Below, one piece after another: positions 58,526-64,000 of a stretch of DNA of 64,000 nucleotides. Location of the stretch: NCBI GenBank assembly GCA_041649615.1, contig JBAZMT010000001.1, positions 90,981 to 154,980 of the forward strand, written 5' to 3'. The translations under genes and the position numbers were made by a program. Origin of the DNA: Parcubacteria group bacterium (GTDB lineage Bacteria; Patescibacteriota; Minisyncoccia; UBA6257; Colwellbacteraceae). The notes under the pieces were generated by a model. It did no database searches. It was not told the origin of the DNA and worked only from the letters and a program-made list of their open reading frames with translations. Position 1 is the stretch's first letter, and every line of letters begins with the position of its first letter.

Positions 58526-58532
58526 AGACCTG

Positions 58533-58576
58533 AAGCCCCTCCCCAGTTTTAATAAAAAACTGGGGAGGGGCTTTTT
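58533..58576 (+). terminator. Strong intrinsic terminator
   Basis: AAGCCCCTCCCCAGTTTT...AAAACTGGGGAGGGGCTTTTT. Confidence 0.8.
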
Positions 58577-58644
58577 ATTATCTTTTGACCCCTTTGAATA
58601 GAATATGTTATTTAAGAGTTAGGTCTTAAAAAGGAGGAATAATA

Positions 58645-59046
58645 ATGAGTATTAAGCCGATGTCTCTCAAAGACAGGCGAAAAAGCTGCTTGTACCAAGC
58701 CGAACGATGGCTTAAGCTATTGCGTCCCGGTATCCCCAACTATGAAACGGTAGCGGGTTATATACGCGAAGAGATGAAAGAAGGAGGATTTACCCTTTGC
58801 GATCTGGGAATTACCGAAGAAGAATTCAAGGCAATGTGTCTTAAAGGCCGTGAGGCAAAAGCGAGACAGTTATTACACTATCTACGCCGGAGCACTGAAC
58901 GGAGCAGTCTTCATTCCATCATAACCATAGTGGACGGCATTCACGAAGAGGTTCGATTGGGCAAGTTCAATCTTGCCGACATCGGCACGAGTCTGGACGA
59001 GTTAATGTCCTTCATCAACAAGAAAAAAGAAGAGGCCCCCGCTTGA
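58645..59046 (+). CDS. Orphan helical two-repeat protein
   Basis: AAAGGAGG SD; internal repeat FTLCDLGITEEEF / FNLADIGTSLDEL. Confidence 0.7.
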   Translation: MSIKPMSLKDRRKSCLYQAERWLKLLRPGIPNYETVAGYIREEMKEGGFTLCDLGITEEEFKAMCLKGREAKARQLLHYLRRSTERSSLHSIITIVDGIHEEVRLGKFNLADIGTSLDELMSFINKKKEEAPA

Positions 59047-59058
59047 GGGGTCTTTTAT

Positions 59059-59367
59059 TTACACAGGGATTCCCGTGCCGTTCTTCTTATTAGAATCTCC
59101 TTTGACGTTTTTTAACTTGTCGGTTACAAAGTTGTCCGCTTTCAGAATAATTATTTTAGTTTTCCGAAGCGCTTTATGCATAATGAGATTCAAAGAATCG
59201 TCTATTTTGTCCAAAGGAATTTTTTTCGCCAGTCGCGCCAATCTTTCTTTTCGCGGTTTACGAACGGCAACTTCGTCCTCAATTCGAGGAAGCGCTCGCG
59301 CCAAAATAAAAACTATCGCGCCGAGCGCCAAAAAAATTATGGTCTCAAGAATGAAGCTATAAAGCAT
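59059..59367 (-). CDS. Small single-TM hypothetical protein
   Basis: TM then ARALPRI; overlaps the tsf stop. Confidence 0.65.
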   Translation of the reverse strand: MLYSFILETIIFLALGAIVFILARALPRIEDEVAVRKPRKERLARLAKKIPLDKIDDSLNLIMHKALRKTKIIILKADNFVTDKLKNVKGDSNKKNGTGIPV

Positions 59368-59800
59368 AGCGGCAGAATTTCGCTATTTGAATGTTCTCGC
59401 CCACTTTGGCGATTACGCCTTTAATGAGATTCTCAATAGTAACACTCTCGTTCTTTATGAAAGGAGATGTCAGGAGCGCGGTAACGTCTTCCGGCTCCAT
59501 TGCGGCGATTTGCATGGCAACGTCGCGCGCCAACTGTTTAAAGTCTTCGGTGCGAGCGACGAAATCGGTTTCGCATCTTATATCAAGCAAAACGCCGATA
59601 CGGTCGTTATGAATGTAAGAAAAAATAAGTCCCGCGCCGGTCGTCCGATCGGCTTTCTTTTCTGCTTTAACGAGTCCCCTTTCTTGGATGATTTGAATCG
59701 CCCTATCCATGTCGCCCGAGGCTTCTTCAAGAGCGCGTTTCGCATCCATTACTCCGGCACCGGTTTTCTCTCTTAAGTCCTTAATGTCTTCCGCAGTCAT
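59357..59800 (-). CDS. tsf: Elongation factor Ts (short form)
   Basis: LREKTGAGVMDAK, CETDFVA, GENI. Confidence 0.94.
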   Translation of the reverse strand: MTAEDIKDLREKTGAGVMDAKRALEEASGDMDRAIQIIQERGLVKAEKKADRTTGAGLIFSYIHNDRIGVLLDIRCETDFVARTEDFKQLARDVAMQIAAMEPEDVTALLTSPFIKNESVTIENLIKGVIAKVGENIQIAKFCRYAL

Positions 59801-59815
59801 ATCTGGTTTCTTATT

Positions 59816-60640
59816 TTACTCTTTTTCCCCCTTTTCGGGAACGGTGTTTACTTGGATGACGTTTTTAAGAGAATCTTCCAAGTAATTCATAATCCATTTT
59901 ACGCTTTCGCCAAGTCTGTTGTTCGCCGAAACCGGATAATCGGCGATTTTAGGATCGGTATCCGTATTGATAATCGCGACTACCGGGATGTTCGTAACGT
60001 GCGCCTCTCTTATGGCCGTTTTATTCGATTGGACGTCAAGAACGAGCACGGCTCCCGGAAGTCCCGTCATTTTCGTTAATCCCTCAAAAAGCAGTCTCAT
60101 CTTTTCAATTTTCTTATCAAGAAGAACTCTTTCTTTCTTGGTGTATTTTTGAAGCGCTCCGCTTTCTTTGTCCGAAAGAAGTTTGTTGTAATATTTTATC
60201 CTTCCTTCAATGGCTTTGAAGTTCGTTAAAGTGCCGCCGAGCCATCTTTCGGCAACGTAAGGCAAATCAAGTTTCGTTCCGAATTCTTTGGCCGCGAATT
60301 TGGCGGCCGGAGAGGTGCCCACGATTATTATTTTTTTGCCCGAAGAAGAAATTGATTTCAAAAAAGCGGCCGCTCTTTCAAGTTCTTTTATGGTATTTTC
60401 CAAATTTATTATTTCAGTACCGCTTCTCGTCGCAAAGATACGCGATTTCATCTCCGGATGGGTTTTGCTCTTCGCGAGACCGTAAAGAAGTCCGGCTTCG
60501 GCCATTTCCTGGAGAAGCAAAACTTCTTCAGCCGAAAGAGCGGGCCTTTCGACAACTCCGGGGTTTTCAGCCTCAATCGAGTCGGTTTCTTTGCTGGTTT
60601 CGAGAGATAGATCTTTGGTTTCTTCCTTAGTGGTAGTCAT
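59816..60640 (-). CDS. rpsB: 30S ribosomal protein uS2
   Basis: RWLGGTLTNF, AIREA, IPVVAIINTD. Confidence 0.93.
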   Translation of the reverse strand: MTTTKEETKDLSLETSKETDSIEAENPGVVERPALSAEEVLLLQEMAEAGLLYGLAKSKTHPEMKSRIFATRSGTEIINLENTIKELERAAAFLKSISSSGKKIIIVGTSPAAKFAAKEFGTKLDLPYVAERWLGGTLTNFKAIEGRIKYYNKLLSDKESGALQKYTKKERVLLDKKIEKMRLLFEGLTKMTGLPGAVLVLDVQSNKTAIREAHVTNIPVVAIINTDTDPKIADYPVSANNRLGESVKWIMNYLEDSLKNVIQVNTVPEKGEKE

Positions 60641-60682
60641 TATGATAATGACCCACAGTATATGGTCTTAAGAGCTGATGTG

Positions 60683-61330
60683 TCAACGTTTTAGGCCTTT
60701 TTTTTCGCGCCACTCCTTGATTTTCGCGGAATGTCCGCTTAAGAGAACTTTGGGCACAGGCCATTTTTTGTTACTCTCTGGAACAAAAATTTCAGGTCGG
60801 GTATAGGTCGGATACGAGCCCTTGATCGTTTCAAGAGATTCGGTTTTTCCGAGAACGCCCGGGATGCGGCGACTTACCGCCTCTATAAGAACCATGGCGG
60901 GCAATTCACCGCCAGCAAGTACGTAGTCTCCGATGGAAACACTCTCGTCTGCAACGTGCGCGGCCACGCGCTCATCAACTCCTTCGTAGCGGCCGCAAAT
61001 CATAATCAGCCGATCATATTTCGCGAGTCGGCTTATGAGGGCTTCGTCCAGTTTTTTGCCGCGAGGAGAAAAAAGAATAACTCGCGTTTTTTTGGATTTT
61101 TTTCCGCGGATCTTTTTAATCGCTCTATAAACCGGCGCGACTTCTATAACCATTCCGGGGCCTCCGCCAAAAGGTCTGTCATCAACTTTTTTATGTCTAT
61201 TTTCGGAAAAATCTCTTAAATTCCAAGTCCTGACTTGAATTAATTTTTTACTTATGGCGCGCTTAATAAGCGATTCACGGAGAAAAGAATCAAAAATACG
61301 AGGAAATATTGTAATAATCTCAAATTTCAT
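60683..61330 (-). CDS. trmD: tRNA (guanine37-N1)-methyltransferase
   Basis: DDRPFGGGPGM, CGRYEGVDER, SIGDYVL.GGE. Confidence 0.96.
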   Translation of the reverse strand: MKFEIITIFPRIFDSFLRESLIKRAISKKLIQVRTWNLRDFSENRHKKVDDRPFGGGPGMVIEVAPVYRAIKKIRGKKSKKTRVILFSPRGKKLDEALISRLAKYDRLIMICGRYEGVDERVAAHVADESVSIGDYVLAGGELPAMVLIEAVSRRIPGVLGKTESLETIKGSYPTYTRPEIFVPESNKKWPVPKVLLSGHSAKIKEWREKKGLKR

Positions 61331-61398
61331 TTTAAAAAATGAGACAACGTGAACGAGCCCCGTTATGTGCTAAGCAACGGAAAAACCAATACCACTAA

Positions 61399-61701
61399 TT
61401 AGTACTGCGAGGACGATTCTCCTCCCGTAGAAGGCCTTTGACGTTCTCCTCCGGGTTCTTCTATCTTCAGATTGACTCTCGCGTTATTTTTAACGCCCAC
61501 TATTCGGAGAAGGGAACGGATTGCTTTTGCCGTGCTTCCCTCGCGTCCGATTATCTGTCCCATGTCCTGGGGATTTACCTTAAGAGAAAGCAAGACACCC
61601 ATTTCGTCAATTTGCCTTGTGACAACCACATCTTCCGGGTGGTCAACGATGGACTTAATAAGAAATTCTAGGAATTGCTGATCGGCGGTTGATTGATCCA
61701 T
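61399..61701 (-). CDS. khpA: KH-domain RNA-binding protein KhpA
   Basis: VDHPEDV, DMGQIIGREG; between rpsP and trmD. Confidence 0.9.
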   Translation of the reverse strand: MDQSTADQQFLEFLIKSIVDHPEDVVVTRQIDEMGVLLSLKVNPQDMGQIIGREGSTAKAIRSLLRIVGVKNNARVNLKIEEPGGERQRPSTGGESSSQY

Positions 61702-61729
61702 TCGCGCGGTTTTATTTTTTTAAGAATTT

Positions 61730-61975
61730 TTACGACCTTTTTTCTTCTATTCCCGATTTTTTAATGTAGGCGGCGGCGGTTTCAGAGGGTTTTGCGCCGG
61801 AAGAAATCCAATGAGAAATTCTCTCTTTTTTTAACTCAAATCTGTCGGCGTGAGGATCAACAAATCCCAAGTCTTCAATAAATTTGCTCTTTATTTTTGA
61901 GCGCGCTTCCGCGACCACAACCCTGAAAGAGGCATGGCCTTTTTTTCCGATGCGACGAAGTCTGATGGATAACAT
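61730..61975 (-). CDS. rpsP: 30S ribosomal protein bS16
   Basis: IRLRRIG, FRVVV, W.SSGAKPS. Confidence 0.93.
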   Translation of the reverse strand: MLSIRLRRIGKKGHASFRVVVAEARSKIKSKFIEDLGFVDPHADRFELKKERISHWISSGAKPSETAAAYIKKSGIEEKRS

Positions 61976-62040
61976 AAGTCTTTCGGAATGGTATTAGAAA
62001 AAGCCCCTTTTGTCAATTTATTCCGGATAAGTTCCCGGTC

Positions 62041-64000
62041 TTAGGACAATCTAAGCGAAACCAATTTGGACGCTCCATCCTCTCCCATCGTTACTCCGTA
62101 CAAGGCGTTCGCCGATTCCATCGTCGCCCTGTTGTGAGTGACGATTATAAACTGCGTTTTACCCTCAAACTGCAAAAGCATTTTGCCGAAAAGACGGGCA
62201 TTCCGCTCGTCAAGCGCCGCATCCACTTCGTCCAAAACGATAAAGGGAGGCGGAGAAATAGAAACGAGACCAAAAAGAATGGCCGTTGAAAGAAGGCTTC
62301 TTTCTCCGCCCGAGAGAACTTCAAGGCCTTTGATTCTTTTTTTAGGCAGAGAAACTTCTATTTCTATGCCCTGTTTCGATTCTTCCTCTTCTATTGGAAG
62401 ATCCGTTTCTCCCGCCACTTTGGGAATAATCACGGGCGGTTCTTCAAGTTTAAAGGCGATTTTTCCTCCGCCGAACATAAGCTTCGAAAAGCCTGAAAGC
62501 TCTTTGTTTATTTTTCCCAAAGCATCGGAAAATTCGCGGTGAATTTTGTAATCAAGTTCTTTGATCAGAGTTTTCAGATCGGCGGAAGCTTTTTCCAATT
62601 CATCAATCTGCGCCGAAGTGGAACTGAATCTGATCTCGGCTTCTTCGGATTCTTTGATTATGGACTCGTCAACTTCGCCGATGGAGGCGAGTTCACCTCT
62701 CAACCGATAAATCCTTCTCTCGGCAGATATCGGGTCGGTTATTTTCGTTTCCGGCTTGCTCGTTTCGCGCCGAGGTAAACCCATAAATTCGGAGAAGGAT
62801 TTCCCCATCGCAGCAAGTTGATGTTCAAGTTCCGTTTTCCGGTATTTTATTTTTTCTTTTTCAAAAGAAAGCTTTTTGTTTCTGTCTTCCAGCTCATCAA
62901 GTTCGTCTTTTTTCGTTTCAACCGCTTTAATCGCTTTCCTAAAAGACGAATTGAAATCTTCCATTTCGGCGGTAAGTTTTTTTTCTATAGTATCCAGTTC
63001 GTCCAACGCTTTGTTGAACGCCTCCATCTTCGCTTCAAATTCGGGATTAAGAGAAGCAGCCGCCCTGATGCCGTTCGGCACGGGGTAAACTTTTTCTTCC
63101 AATTCCTCGGTAAGCGAAATTATTTTTTGGAGAGCTTCTTTAAGAGAATCGGGGTTCCCCGAAATCGCGGAAAAAGCCAGCGCTTTTATCTCGCGGATAA
63201 TGACCATCGGATCTTTTTTGTTCCGAGGCATCGCAGAAACAACGGGAGAAGTGGAAAGACGTTCGTTAAATAGCTCTCTTCTCTTTAGTCTTATTTTTTC
63301 AAGCTGTTTCTTCGCTTCCGGTTCGGAAGATTCCACCTGCCTCAATTCTTTCTCCAGTTCGGAAATTTCTTTCTTTTTCCCCAAAATAATTTCTCCCAAA
63401 GCGGCGATTTCGGGATCATAGCGGGACAAGTCGTTCAAAATTTCTCTCACTTTTCCGCCGTAAAAGGCGGTTTCCAGTTCGGAAAGTTCCGCCAGAAGTT
63501 TGTCTCTCTCGGCGTATCGCCCCACTTGCCTCCGAAGCACTCGGATATGCGGTTTCATTTCCTCAATCATCGCTTTCGCTTTATCCAAGTTTATCCGCGT
63601 GTTTCGAAGTTCGCGTTCCGAAGAATGTTTTTTCAATAAATATTCTTTCAGCCCCAATATTTCTTCAATGAGAATCCTTCTTTCCTCGGGACTCGCTCTT
63701 AGAAACGAATCGCTCTCGCCTTGGCTAATAATATTTAGCCCTCGCGCGCCGAGTCTCCCGCGGGCGAAAAAATCAATGATGTCCCGCAAAAGAACTTCCG
63801 ACTGATTTAGAAGAAATCTGGATTCGCCATCGCGGTCCACTCTTCTCGTGATGGCGACTTCCTTGTATTCAACGGGAAAAAAACCGGACGAGTTATCAAA
63901 ATAAATGGAAGCTTGGGCAAAACCGGAACGGGCGCGTTTTTCGGTGCCCGCGAAGATAAGATCATCCGCCTTGGCGCCTCTCAAGCTTTTCGCTTCTCTT
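62041..64000 (-). CDS. smc: SMC-family ATPase, short (5' end outside the window)
   Basis: LRG...DLIFAG, ISQG (Q-loop), LSGGE signature, LDEVDAALD, VTHN. Confidence 0.88.
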   Translation of the reverse strand, partial: REAKSLRGAKADDLIFAGTEKRARSGFAQASIYFDNSSGFFPVEYKEVAITRRVDRDGESRFLLNQSEVLLRDIIDFFARGRLGARGLNIISQGESDSFLRASPEERRILIEEILGLKEYLLKKHSSERELRNTRINLDKAKAMIEEMKPHIRVLRRQVGRYAERDKLLAELSELETAFYGGKVREILNDLSRYDPEIAALGEIILGKKKEISELEKELRQVESSEPEAKKQLEKIRLKRRELFNERLSTSPVVSAMPRNKKDPMVIIREIKALAFSAISGNPDSLKEALQKIISLTEELEEKVYPVPNGIRAAASLNPEFEAKMEAFNKALDELDTIEKKLTAEMEDFNSSFRKAIKAVETKKDELDELEDRNKKLSFEKEKIKYRKTELEHQLAAMGKSFSEFMGLPRRETSKPETKITDPISAERRIYRLRGELASIGEVDESIIKESEEAEIRFSSTSAQIDELEKASADLKTLIKELDYKIHREFSDALGKINKELSGFSKLMFGGGKIAFKLEEPPVIIPKVAGETDLPIEEEESKQGIEIEVSLPKKRIKGLEVLSGGERSLLSTAILFGLVSISPPPFIVLDEVDAALDERNARLFGKMLLQFEGKTQFIIVTHNRATMESANALYGVTMGEDGASKLVSLRLS

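Noticed and set aside
57796-58526. ORFs 57796-58035, 58280-58474, 58296-58526 and 37102-37380 with mutually similar peptides
   Set aside because: The similarity comes from translating the tRNAs and the non-coding repeat
1-64000. Alternative genetic code 25 (TGA=Gly)
   Set aside because: Core genes are intact under code 11 and several end in TGA at the expected position

Overview
Core chromosomal segment of a Candidate Phyla Radiation bacterium (most consistent with Patescibacteria/Parcubacteria; genetic code 11). About 85 densely packed genes, mostly on the minus strand: the str-S10-spc ribosomal superoperon (no uL30 or uL29; shortened uL3, uL15, uL5, uL23), two mreB paralogs plus mreC, frr-rseP-proS, a split comEC near a VirD4/HerA-like ATPase pair, secDF, grpE-dnaK-(membrane protein)-dnaJ, cysS-dnaB-recR, mraZ-rsmH-ftsL-ftsI, tgt, ppaC, rarA, rplJL with an L10 leader, rpsB-tsf, rpsP-khpA-trmD and a short SMC-like ATPase. 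It also holds seven tRNA genes and a 6S-like ncRNA. The most unusual signal is a structured non-coding element in four copies, each immediately downstream of a different tRNA gene. Each copy starts with a segment antisense to the T-arm of its own tRNA. The three full copies also carry two covarying hairpins and end with a duplicate of that tRNA's 3' end. A second, related hairpin family lies upstream of adk and rpsL. Several orphan ORFs look like self-contained promoter-SD-ORF-terminator cassettes in a genome whose core genes appear largely leaderless. All calls come from reading the sequence and recognising motifs; no database searches were run.
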